DNA of 64,000 nt. Origin: Octopus sinensis. Lineage: Eukaryota. The position numbers and the translations under genes are program-made. The DNA lies in NCBI RefSeq assembly GCF_006345805.1, contig NC_042998.1:206584001-206648000 (forward strand). Reading direction: 5' to 3'. The notes below the pieces were generated by a model, which was not told the origin of the DNA, ran no database searches, and saw only the letters and a list, made by a program, of their open reading frames with translations. How positions within the stretch are numbered: position 1 is the first letter of the stretch; every line of letters begins with the position of its first letter. Of this stretch, positions 12,190 to 22,561 are shown piece after piece.

Positions 12190-12450
12190 AGTATTTATTA
12201 TTATTTCTCTTTATCACAGGTTTTGTTGCAACTCCTGGAGTCTTGCATACACAGCTGGTTTACTACCTGCAGCCTACGGTACCATGCTATCCATTCTTTT
12301 AAACTCTGGCTGTACCAAGGAGGCAATCCTTTTGCAACAGTTCTACTGGGCACTCTATTCCAGTTTCCTTTATATCCCCCTTGATGCCTTCTGATACTCT
12401 CCCCAAGGACCCAACAATAATTGGCACTATCTTCACATTCTTCATTTTCC
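12190..12450 (-). mobile_element. R4/Dong-like 3' fragment with internal deletion
   Basis: Nucleotide similarity to 10260-10530. Confidence 0.8.
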
Positions 12451-12976
12451 AAAGCTCGGTATTATTATTGTCGTTGTCCTCGTCATCATCATCATCATCA
12501 TCATCATTATCTTTGACATCATCATCATCATCATTATTATCCTCGTCGTCATCATCATAGTCATCGTCATCATCTCCTCCTCTTTATTGCAGATTTTGTT
12601 GCAACTCCTGGAGTCTTGCATGCGTAGAAAGCTTCCTACCTGCAGCCTATGGGACCATAATATCCATTCTTTTCAGCTATCTGATTCTTTCCTGATTATT
12701 CTGGCCGTACCAAGGAAGCAAACCTTTTGCAACAGTTCTACTGGCACTCTATTCCAATTTCTTTGATATTCCCCTTGATGCCTTCTGATACTGTTCCCAA
12801 GGGCCCATTTTCCATAGCCGGGCTATTTCGTATTTAAGAGGGTTCTATCTATGTATCTATTTCTTCGTCTTCCTTCTTGACCATTTGTGGGTCAAAGGGA
12901 CATGCAACATCAACTATATGGCACATGTGGTGCATCTTGTTGACCACCACTAGGTCCAGTCTGTTATGCTCTAGCA

Positions 12977-13055
12977 CAGTGATTCCCAACCTGGGGTCAA
13001 CGGACCTCTGGTGGTCTTGAAAGGTAGTACTGGGAATCCATGAACTAAATTCAAA

Positions 13056-13101
<46 letters not shown>

Positions 13102-13546
13102 TATATATGCATATCTCTGAGACCCCCTTCAGTCATGACTAACCATGAGATTGCACCTAGAAAGTAACCCTCCCAGGCACAAGTCTGGGCAAGGTTGTTT
13201 ATGGAAGACCAGCAGTCGCCCATGCATACCAGCCTCCCCTCTTCACACCACCAGTGTTATCCAAGGGAAAGGCAAAGGGGCCGATACAGCTTGGCACCTA
13301 TGACATCGCAACTCATTTCTACAGCTGAGTGAACTGGAGCAATGTGAAATAAAGTGTCTTGCTCAAGAACTCAACATGCAGCCCGGTCCGGGATTCGAAC
13401 TCACAACCTCACAATTGTAAGCTCAATGCGCTAACCACTGAGCCATGCACCTTCACACACACACATATATATATGTACATAAGGATAAGCATATTAAATG
13501 GGGTCCATGGAAAAACTCATTCAAATAAAAGTGTTGGGAACCACTG
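12977..13546. mobile_element. hAT (Charlie-like) MITE containing a nested SINE
   Basis: TIRs CAGTGATTCCCAAC / GTTGGGAACCACTG (13/14); decayed 8-bp TSD CTCTAGCA / TTCCAGTA. Confidence 0.8.
13115..13455 (-). mobile_element. tRNA-derived SINE family D
   Basis: Minus head TGGCTCAGTGG (A box) and GTTCGAATCC (B box), core TTGAGCAAGACACTTTATTTCAC; second copy at 20012-20335. Confidence 0.9.
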
Positions 13547-13911
13547 TTCCAGTACCTGATCTGTTTGGAATGGGAAATCCCAGAGGACTTTGCTAGTCTG
13601 CGAATCTGCCCCTCTCTGCGGTTTGTGCTCATACCACGTCTTGATTCTCTCTGGCCCCCACTTTTTGCACAGTTTCCAATGGAGCAATTTTGTTACATGG
13701 TTGTTTCACCACCACTTATCCCCATCATCATTTCTATTATTAATCCTGAAAGAATGAAGGGTAAAGTTTATCTCGGTGGCATTTTAAACTCAGGATGCAC
13801 CAACGCAGAAGAAATGCCACATGGTGTTCTTCACGATGCTCTAATGAGTCTGCCAATCACCACCGACAGGTTAGGGCAACCCCCACCACACACACACACA
13901 TATATATATAT

Positions 13912-14135
13912 ATTTCTTTACTACCCACAAGGGGCTAAACACAGAGGGGACAAACAAGGACAGACAAAGGGATTAAGTCGACTATATCGACCCCAGTGCG
14001 TAACTGGTACTTAATTTATCGACCCTGAAAGGATGAAAGGCAAAGTCGACCTCGGCGGAATTTGAACTTGGAACGTAACGACAGACGAAATACGGCTACG
14101 AATTTCGCCCAGCGTGCTAACGTTTCTACCAGCTC
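13912..14135 (-). mobile_element. tRNA-like SINE family B, monomer
   Basis: Minus head GGCGGCGAGCTGGTAGAAACGTTAGC, B-box-like GTTCAAATTCC, core GCCTTTCATCCTTTCAGGGTCGAT. Confidence 0.9.
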
Positions 14136-14447
14136 GCCGCCTTATATAGATGGATGGATGGATGTAGATAGGTGCACGCATGCGCATGTGCAATGTTCAG
14201 TGAAGAGATGTCACTCTTCTGTCAAGAAGGAAAAAAAAAAATGAATAATAATTAATTTCAAGAAAAGTGAAATCAAGTCCATGTTATGGCAGTTTCCCCT
14301 TTTGCATATCTTGCATAAATTTATGTGTGAAATGGAAAAAAGCAACATTTGTGGCTAATCAACTGCTGCCCCCCCCCTCCCCAATAAATTTCAGGTCTTC
14401 TGCCTATAGCAGAATTGATTAGTTTCACATTGATTATATAAAGAGCA

Positions 14448-14755
14448 TGAAGGCATATGGCTTAGTGGTCAGGGTATTTGCCTCGCAATCATAGGGTAGT
14501 GAGTTCAATTCTTGGCAGCACTTTGTGTCCTTGAGCAAGCCACTTTATTTCACGTTGCTCCAGTCCACTCTGCTGGCTAAAATGAGTAGGACTTGTATTT
14601 CAAAGGCCGATCCTTGTCCATTTCTGTGTCACACTGTATCTCCCTGAGAACTATCCATGTCTGTGGAGTACTCAGCCACTTTCTTGTTAATTTCAGAGCA
14701 GGCTGTTCCATTGATCACATCAACTGGAACACTCATCATCAAAACCAACGGAATG
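14448..14755 (+). mobile_element. SINE sharing the family D head/core but with a different 3' tail
   Basis: TGGCTTAGTGG...GAGTTCAATTC...CCTTGAGCAAGCCACTTTATTTCACGTTGCTCCAG, then a tail unlike 13115-13300. Confidence 0.7.
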
Positions 14756-14964
14756 CCATTATTGTTGATCATAAAGACGCAGTCATATCTAGTCATAAGC
14801 CTTGTGTTATAATTTATTTACCAGGGTTACGGACTGTTATGACTACATGACTGCAGGTCTTACATTACACAATCAATATCACATGATCAATGCTACATAA
14901 GCATTGCTCTCCTCTTTGTTTACAAATATCATCATTTGTTAGTCATGTGTTTTCGAAACAGCTG

Positions 14965-15300
14965 TAGAGTGGCTGCGTGGTAAGTAGTATGCTAACCAAC
15001 CACATGGTTCCGGGTTTAGTCCCACTGCGTGGCACCTTGGGCAAGTGTCTTCTACTATTGCCTCGGGCCGACCAAAGCCTTGTGAGTGGATTTGGTAGAT
15101 GGAAACTGAAAAGAAGCCCGTCGTATATATGTATATATATGTATGTGTGTGTTTATGTCACTGTTACTTAGCGGTTCGGCAAAAGAGACCGATAGAATAA
15201 ATACTGGGCTTACAAAAGAATAAGTCCCGGGGTCGAGTTGCTCGATTAAAGGCGGTGCTCCAGCATGGCCGCAGTCAAATGACTGAAACAAGTAAAAGAG
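14965..15300 (+). mobile_element. SINE family A
   Basis: Full head, internal TA/TG tract, tail. Confidence 0.9.
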
Positions 15301-15460
15301 TATGGATACAAACACCATTCTTCTTTTGTTTTAAACATTTCTAACTCTTTGGCATTCAATGTGAGATACCAAAGAGAGAGCACAACTCAGTCACTGATTG
15401 GACTGTTTTAAGATAAAGCCACAGTTTTGCATCTTCCCAGGGTTGTTATCTCTTCAGTAA

Positions 15461-15503
15461 CTCTCATTGAGGATGGCTAAAGAGCCAAAAACATGTCTGG
15501 GAG
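15461..15503 (+). ncRNA. Decayed minimal hammerhead-like motif
   Basis: CTCTCA-TTGAGGA-T-GGCT(AAAG)AGCC-AAAAAC-AT-GTC-TGGGAG: stems I and II intact and stem III palindromic, but the core is mutated. Confidence 0.4.
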
Positions 15504-15690
15504 TTTGTAAGGGGTGGAGTAACACTGGGAAGATATGGTGTCTTTACACCTTTTACCATAAATGAGAATTATTTTCTCCCTGGTAATTGCATTGAAATCA
15601 CCTTTAGAAATTGAAATATGTCACAAACATATTTTAATGAACTTAATGTTTGTTTATTCCTTATTACTTCCTGGCACTAATGTTCATATA

Positions 15691-15754
<64 letters not shown>

Positions 15755-15759
15755 ATATA

Positions 15760-16409
15760 AATATATCAAATACAAAATGGGACAAGAATGCAAAACATCC
15801 GGAGAGGTAGATGATACAAAAAGGGACATCAAAACATCCAGATAAACAATACAAAGAAAACAAGGACGGGTCATTTGAAGCCCTCTATCCTCAGTCAAGC
15901 ACCAGATTATCTTCGCAATTTTGGCTGATTATTCTTGAGATTGCTCCAATCTGGTCAGCCCTAAGGAAAAACTAAGCTTAAGAGCATTAGATTCCTTGGA
16001 AGGAAGCAACAAATGTATACAAAAGCAAGGACGGAAAAAATAGACAAAGTTACATAAATATAAATATAATAAAAATAATAATAGGACATAACAACAGGTG
16101 TCTTTCGACTAAGGACAAATTGAATTAAGCTGACGCGTGTGGAAATGAAACCTTATGGCAGAGATACAATTATAGGGAGGAATATCGATGTTGCACGGAT
16201 AGTGGCCAGACCAAGACAGAAAGAACAGGCTAGGCTGATTGTGCGGTCACGTGGGAAGAGAAGAGAGAGAAGTAGAAGCAGAGGGACCTCCACTCTCCAC
16301 TGTATCCCTGTCCTTTTTTCTCGCCCCTCCTTAATTCTTCTGTCCCTCTGCTTCTACTTTTCTCTCTTCTCTTCCCACGTGACCGCACAATCAGCCTAGC
16401 CTGTTCTTT
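15760..16409. mobile_element. Dispersed repeat (possibly Penelope-like) ending in a 68-bp inverted repeat
   Basis: Arms 16220-16287 and 16342-16409 match 67/68; the family assignment is inference. Confidence 0.4.
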
Positions 16410-16432
16410 TTTATAAGAAACAGTTTATAAGA

Positions 16433-16700
16433 TCCCCTAGATCCCCTGATCTGACCCCTCTTGATTTCTATCTTTGGGGGCATACGAAAGGCATGGTGCA
16501 TCGCGGAAAGACAAAAGACATAAATTATTTGAAGGAACTCATCACCAACTCATTTGCACACGTATCACCAGATGTGCTATTACAAGTTCACAATGAGTGG
16601 GGTAAACGTATTGCAATGTGTATTTGAAACAATGGTAACCATACAGAGCCAGTTAAATAAAAAACAAACTGTTCTTATAAACTGTTTCTTATAAAAAGAT
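16433..16700 (+). mobile_element. Tc1/mariner-superfamily transposase C-terminal remnant
   Basis: PRSPDLTPLDFYLWGHTKGMVH...WGKRIAMCI*NNGNHTE. Confidence 0.85.
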
Positions 16701-17921
16701 AAATTGGTCCTATGTATGGTGACATTCATTTTCTTGTTTTTTTTTTGTTTTTTTTAAATATTTTTTTAGCAATTAAAAAGTCATAAACATTTAATTCTAT
16801 ATAATTTTTATGATGAAAATTTGAAATACACTAAGTGGCTAGAAGAAATGTAACAAGGTCCTGCTTCCACACAGTTTCCATGTACCAAATTCCTTTTCCA
16901 GAGTGATATTAGAAGACACCTGCTCCTGGTACCGTCATGCAAACTGAGTGAACTCAAAGCCATGTGGTTGCAAAACGATCTTCTTAGCCTCACAGCCATG
17001 CGCTTGTAGTCATGCCTGAGCAAAATAAAAAATAATGATAAAATACATAAATATAAACCGCCTTTATTTTCAATAATTACTCAACATTTTTCTTTCATCT
17101 GATGAACTTTTACTTCCATCCAACATAGTTTTCTTTTCACATTTGTTTCACATGTGATGTCGTCTGCCTTCCTTCATTTTTTTTTGCCCTTTCGTTATTT
17201 CGTTAGTGTTTACGACAATTGCTCTTCCCTATTAAAAAAAACATCTTTCTCCTTCTCCCTTCCATCCTTAAATCTTCTTTCCCTTCCAAACTTTCTCTCA
17301 TTCTATTATTACGTTACATAATTATTTTACATTTTTAACTTTATGCCTTCAAAAAAAAAAACAAATTTCATTCTCTTTTCTCCTCCTTTCGTTATTCTAA
17401 AGTTTATCATCGTTTTTATCTTCTATTCTGTTACATTATTCTCTTATTTTATTATGTACTCATTCTATTATTCTTTTCTTTCCTCTTGGCGTCTATTATT
17501 ATTATTATTATTATTTATATTTTTTCCTTTTCGTTTTTTAGTTGCTCCCTTTCTTTTCATTCTGTTTCCCTTTTGTGTCATTCTTTTATTCTGCTATACC
17601 ATTTGTTATGTCTGTTTAGTCATGTTTTTTTTTTTTTCCAGTGTTATTCTTTCATTCCATTTTACCGTTTGTTTTGTACATCCTTTTTAATTCGTTAATG
17701 TCATTCTTCCATTCTGTTGTAACTTTAGTTTTTGGTTTTTCTTTTCTATTTTATATATATTTTCCATGAAACTCCTCTCTGAGGAAATTATACAAGACTT
17801 TTATATACACAAAACTAACTGCATATCAGAGGCGTATACTTCTCATGTATTTATATATGCATGTATGTATGGCTGGCTGGCTGGATGTATGAACATTTGT
17901 CTTCGTACACATGTGTCTGTC

Positions 17922-17963
<42 letters not shown>

Positions 17964-18195
17964 CAACAATATTGAGGAACGGCCCCGATAGGCCATTCGA
18001 CCCACTAGAAAGAGCAGCCAAGACTCAAACCGCTAAATAGTAGTAATTCAGAAATCAAAGGAAAATTAAAAAACATTTACCCTATTTATCTTTGGACAAT
18101 GCATTGTTTCGACGTACTTTATGGCAAACCAGCCTAATTAAATTAAATTTAATTTAATCAAGTCAATCTACATATATATATATATATTATATATA

Positions 18196-18259
<64 letters not shown>

Positions 18260-18262
<3 letters not shown>

Positions 18263-18535
18263 AAATAGTGAAAAGTGAAAAAACTACAGAAGGCTTAAAT
18301 GTATATTTGCGTCAATATGTCTGAAGAATATTAAAAAAAATTTTTCTCTTATAATGACATAGTTTTGAAGAAAGACCGGTTTCGCGTTTAGCTTTTCAAA
18401 TTTCTTACAAAATATTTCAAAACTATGTCATTATAAGAGAAAAAAATTTTTTAATATTCTTCAGACATATTGACGCAAATATATATTTGTTAACATTTAA
18501 GCCTTCTGTAGTTTTTTCACTTTTTACTATTTTCT
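18260..18535. repeat. 110/120-bp inverted repeat with a 46-bp spacer containing a hammerhead-like motif
   Basis: Arms 18260-18369 and 18416-18535 are near-identical apart from a 10-bp indel and a few substitutions. Confidence 0.9.
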
Positions 18536-18588
18536 ATATATTCAACCACGTGCTTTCACAAACCAACTTTCTTATCTATCTATCTATA

Positions 18589-18627
<39 letters not shown>

Positions 18628-19554
18628 CAAAGTGGAGTTGTGGGGTACCGCATGAGTGGAATTATATACGAAAGAAGGTTTGAAAATGCAATTTAAAAGA
18701 TGTTTAAAAGATGTCAAAAGTAACATGTGGAAGTTTGGTTGCGTTAATTATTGGTTGTTTCAAATTGCTACATTACATATATACAGTCTTTGGTAATAGG
18801 GACATGTTAAGGACATAAAAAAGTTCAACAAGTTCCTTAAAATATTGGGTACAAAAGATTACATAAATAATCGTTCTCAAGGACATACTGAAGATAGTTT
18901 CCAGAAGGAATTGATATTGGTTTTGGTATTGTATCTGTATATTCAAACATGCACAGAATATTGGTTGACACAGAGTACTATAATCCATATATAATCCATA
19001 CATTCTTTGGTGACAACAGTGCTGGGCTTTAAAAAAATAAACCCTTGGGACAATTTGTACAACTAAAACACTTCAAAATGGTGCCCCAGCATGGCCACAG
19101 TCAAATGACTGAACCAAGCAAAAGATACGAGGTAAACGATTTTAGGGAAGAAGGATTTGGTGTATGGAAGGGTGGGCGGGTGGACATGACGAGGATGATG
19201 ATTGATGAGTGGAGGAGTGAGGAAAGTGTGAGTGATGATGTGAGTAAGACAATGCACTCACACTTGAACTCTGGTTTGAGTGTTTGCAAATAAATGGACT
19301 CTTGGACTCTCCAAAAGGAAGCCAAGGAGTGTTTTTCACTTGAGACTTCTTTTATTATCATTATTATTATTTTGTGTCCCATGTCTGGGAATCTTTTGAC
19401 ACACATCCTGTGACCACTTCAGGGCCTTTTCATACCAAGTGTCTCCTCCTGAGAACAGGACATGCAATAAAAACAATTATAAAATATATCTGAAGTAACG
19501 AACGAATATGTCGAGCATGGGTTTGTTTGGCCCAAAAAGAAGAAAGGAACTGAC

Positions 19555-19608
19555 CTTCCCCATATTGTTATCAATTGTTGCTTCAACAAACAGTTTCATA
19601 TCAGAAAT
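19555..19608 (-). CDS. Weak candidate 54-nt phase-0 internal exon (ISDMKLFVEATIDNNMGK)
   Basis: TTGTTTTCCAAG acceptor, AAG|GTCAGT donor, only one open frame; no homology recognised. Confidence 0.2.
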
Positions 19609-19664
19609 CTTGGAAAACAAACACATAGACATACGTGTGTATGTGTATATATATAAATATATCA

Positions 19665-19935
19665 TCATCATCATCATCATCATCGTTTAGCATCCGCTTT
19701 CCATGCTAGCATGGGTTGGATGGTTCAACTGGGATCTGGGAAGTCAGAAGGCTGCACCAGGCCCAGTCTGATCTGGCAATGTTTCTACGGCTGGATGCCC
19801 TTCCTAACGTCAACCACTCCGTGAGTGTAGTGGTTGCTTTTTACGTGCCAGACGAGTCTGGCAAACAGCCACGATCGGATGGTGCTTTTTACGTGCCACC
19901 GGCACGGGGGCCAGGTGAGGCTGGCAACGGCCAAA
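19665..19935 (-). mobile_element. RTE LINE 3' UTR fragment with (GAT)n tail
   Basis: Same sequence as the 3' end of the ORF-bearing copy at 33087-34258. Confidence 0.85.
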
Positions 19936-20011
19936 TATATGTGTATATATATATATATATATCACACACACACACACACACATATATATCACATAGTTAT
20001 AAATATATTGA

Positions 20012-20335
20012 GATTCCCTTCTTTCACGAATGACCATGGGATTGCACCTAGAAAGTTACCCTCCCAGGCACAAGTCCAGGCAAGGTTGTTTATGGAAGAC
20101 CAGCAATTGCCCATGCACACCGGCCTCCCCTCTCCATGCCACCAGTGTTATCCAAGGGAAAGGCAAAGGGGCCGATACAGCTTGGCATTCGTGACGTCGC
20201 AACTCATTTCTACACCTGAGTGAACTGGAGCAACGTGAAATAAAGTGTCTTGCTCAAGAACACAACATGCAGCCCGGTCCGGGATTCGAACTCATAACCT
20301 CATGGTCACAAGTTTGATGTTCTAACCACTGAGCC
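20012..20335 (-). mobile_element. SINE family D
   Basis: High similarity to 13115-13455. Confidence 0.9.
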
Positions 20336-20549
20336 TTTACTTTATATATATATATATATATATATATCTCACATATATATATTATATGGTGATTTTATTA
20401 AATAAATTTACTGTTTAGTATTTCAAGATATTTTTATGCAATTTTGGTAAATATATCTGTTAAATAGAGATGCGAGTGTTATCTTTATTTTTGTGTAATT
20501 TAGACAACAATATATTCACCGCACTGTGCGAGTGGGATGGAAAAAGCAC

Positions 20550-20795
20550 TGTTTGAATGTGGTTGATGCCACTGCCACCTGACTAGCCCTTGTGCCGGTG
20601 ACATGTAAAAGCACCCACTACACACATTGAGTGGTTGGCATTAGGAAGGGCATCCAGCTGTAGAAAACCTTGCTAAATCAGAGTGGAATCTGGTGCAGCC
20701 TTCCAGCTTGCCAGTCCTCTGTCAAACCATCCAGTCAAACCCATGTCAGCATGGCAAATGGATGTTAAACAACGATGACAATGATGATGATGAAG
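20550..20795 (+). mobile_element. RTE LINE 3' UTR fragment
   Basis: GGCATCCAGCTGTAGAAA...GTTAAACAACGATGAC tail. Confidence 0.85.
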
Positions 20796-20829
20796 ATATA
20801 TATATGGAGGATGCTGGGGTGTAGGTATA

Positions 20830-21240
20830 CTCTTTACTCTTTTACTCTTTTACTTGTTTCAGTCATTTGACTGCGGCCATGCTGGAGCACCGCCTTTAAT
20901 CGAGCAACTCAACCCCGGGACTTATTCTTTTGTAAGCCCAGTACTTATTCTATTGGTCTCTTTTGCCGAACCGCTAAGTAACGGGGACATAAACACACCA
21001 GCATCGGTTGTCAAGCAATGCTAGGGGGACAAACACAGACACACAAACACACATACATATATACATATATATACATATATACGACAGGCTTCTTTCAGTT
21101 TCCGTCTACCAAATCCACTCACAAGGCATTGGTCGGCCCAGGGCTATAACAGAAGACACTTGCCCAAGGTGCCACGCAGTGGGACTGAACCCGGAACCAT
21201 GTGGTTGGTTAGCAAGCTACTTACCACACAGCCACTCCTA
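20830..21240 (-). mobile_element. SINE family A
   Basis: Full length with (CTCTTTTA)n tail. Confidence 0.9.
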
Positions 21241-21282
21241 CGTATGTGTATCTATTCTATATTTTTGTCTCTCAGTGCAAGA

Positions 21283-21454
21283 GAGGGTTCCTGGCTTTGG
21301 ATGAAAGGAAATATTGGGGGATCAGTGAGTTGTTTCCATCTCAGATTCTCACTCTTGTTGCAGCAGTCCTTCGGTTGTTCTAAGCCCTGGAAAAGTCCGA
21401 GGAGGAGTTTTTGCGATACCCTTAAAGCGAGGACCTTTTCAGCACTCCCTCGTA
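21283..21454. mobile_element. Mariner-type terminal remnant
   Basis: Right end reverse-complements to TA|CGAGGGAGTGCTGAAAAGGTCC, a mariner-like TIR; partial GGTTCCTGGCTTT at left. Confidence 0.45.
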
Positions 21455-21517
21455 TATACTGACAAAGAGACATGGATTTGTATAGAACTGTATGTGTGGC
21501 TCTGTGTGTGTGTGTGA

Positions 21518-21565
<48 letters not shown>

Positions 21566-21654
21566 GTAAAGAAGTTAAAATATAGAGCAGCAAGGAGGAG
21601 CCATGGAGAATTACACAACTGCAAAGGGGAAACAAGAGCACTCAGTCACTGTTA

Positions 21655-22117
21655 ATGACAATAAACCACCACCACCACCACTACCACCACCATCACTACT
21701 ACCACTATCACCACCACTGCCGTTGCCACCACCACCGTCACCACCACTACCACAACCACCACCACCACGGCCGCCAACGCCACCACTACCACCACTACCA
21801 CCACCATGACTACCATCACTACCACAACCACCACCACCACCACAATCACTACTACTACTGCCACTATTTTCCTCACCACCACCACCACCACCATGATAAT
21901 GATGCTGGTGATGGCAGCTAAATCTACCAACTCTCCACCAACAACTGTCTCTACTACTAAGATTGTTTGTTACTGACAATAAACGATGATGACGACGATG
22001 ATGATGATGATAATCACAATACAAAGTTTAATGCCCAATACACACACTACCACAGCTGACACCTTCATTACTACTACTACAACTACTACTACAAACAATG
22101 ATGATGGTACCAGAACT

Positions 22118-22150
<33 letters not shown>

Positions 22151-22390
22151 ATGGTGGTGGTGGTGGTGGTAGTAGTAGTAGTGGTGGTGGTGGTGGTGGT
22201 GGTAGTAGTAATAGTAGTAGTGGTGGTGGTGGTGGTGGTGGTAGTAGTAATAGTAGTAGTGTTTGTGGTGGTGCAGCACAAAGCCATGATTATAGTAGCA
22301 TCAACAACACATGCATTACAGAAGAATGTCAGCAATAGAACCACAACAACAACAACACAACCAGACACAAAAAAAACAGCTGAGGAGGAG
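21655..22390. repeat. Trinucleotide microsatellite block (ACC/ACT then GTA/GTG)
   Basis: Direct inspection. Confidence 0.95.
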
Positions 22391-22561
22391 GAGGAGGTAA
22401 GAAGTGGAAGGAAAACAAAGAGAGGTGCAATGAAAAGAGTAAGGGTGGGAGTGAGGATGAGGAGAGAAGTAATCAGAGCAAGGGGAGACAACTGCAAGAA
22501 GAATCAGGAGAAGAACCACGCAAGGAAGAGAGGAAGCTGAGAGAGGGAGAATGATAAAAAT

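Larger units (their letters stand above)
12590..13745 (-). mobile_element. R4/Dong-like 3' fragment interrupted by a hAT MITE
   Basis: Collinear with 10270-10810 on both sides of 12977-13546. Confidence 0.85.

Noticed and set aside
13370-13455. Possible tRNA genes (A/B boxes here and in all SINE heads)
   Set aside because: No complete cloverleaf with a paired acceptor stem; each continues into a SINE body present in multiple copies.
15865-15900. Minus-strand CTGAGGA as a hammerhead core
   Set aside because: No stem II, GAAA or stem I complementarity could be built.
19101-19406. Minus-strand RVQESIYLQTLKP resembling a GIY-YIG C-terminal motif
   Set aside because: The match is too short and lacks the upstream GIY/YIG motifs, so it is not listed as a feature.
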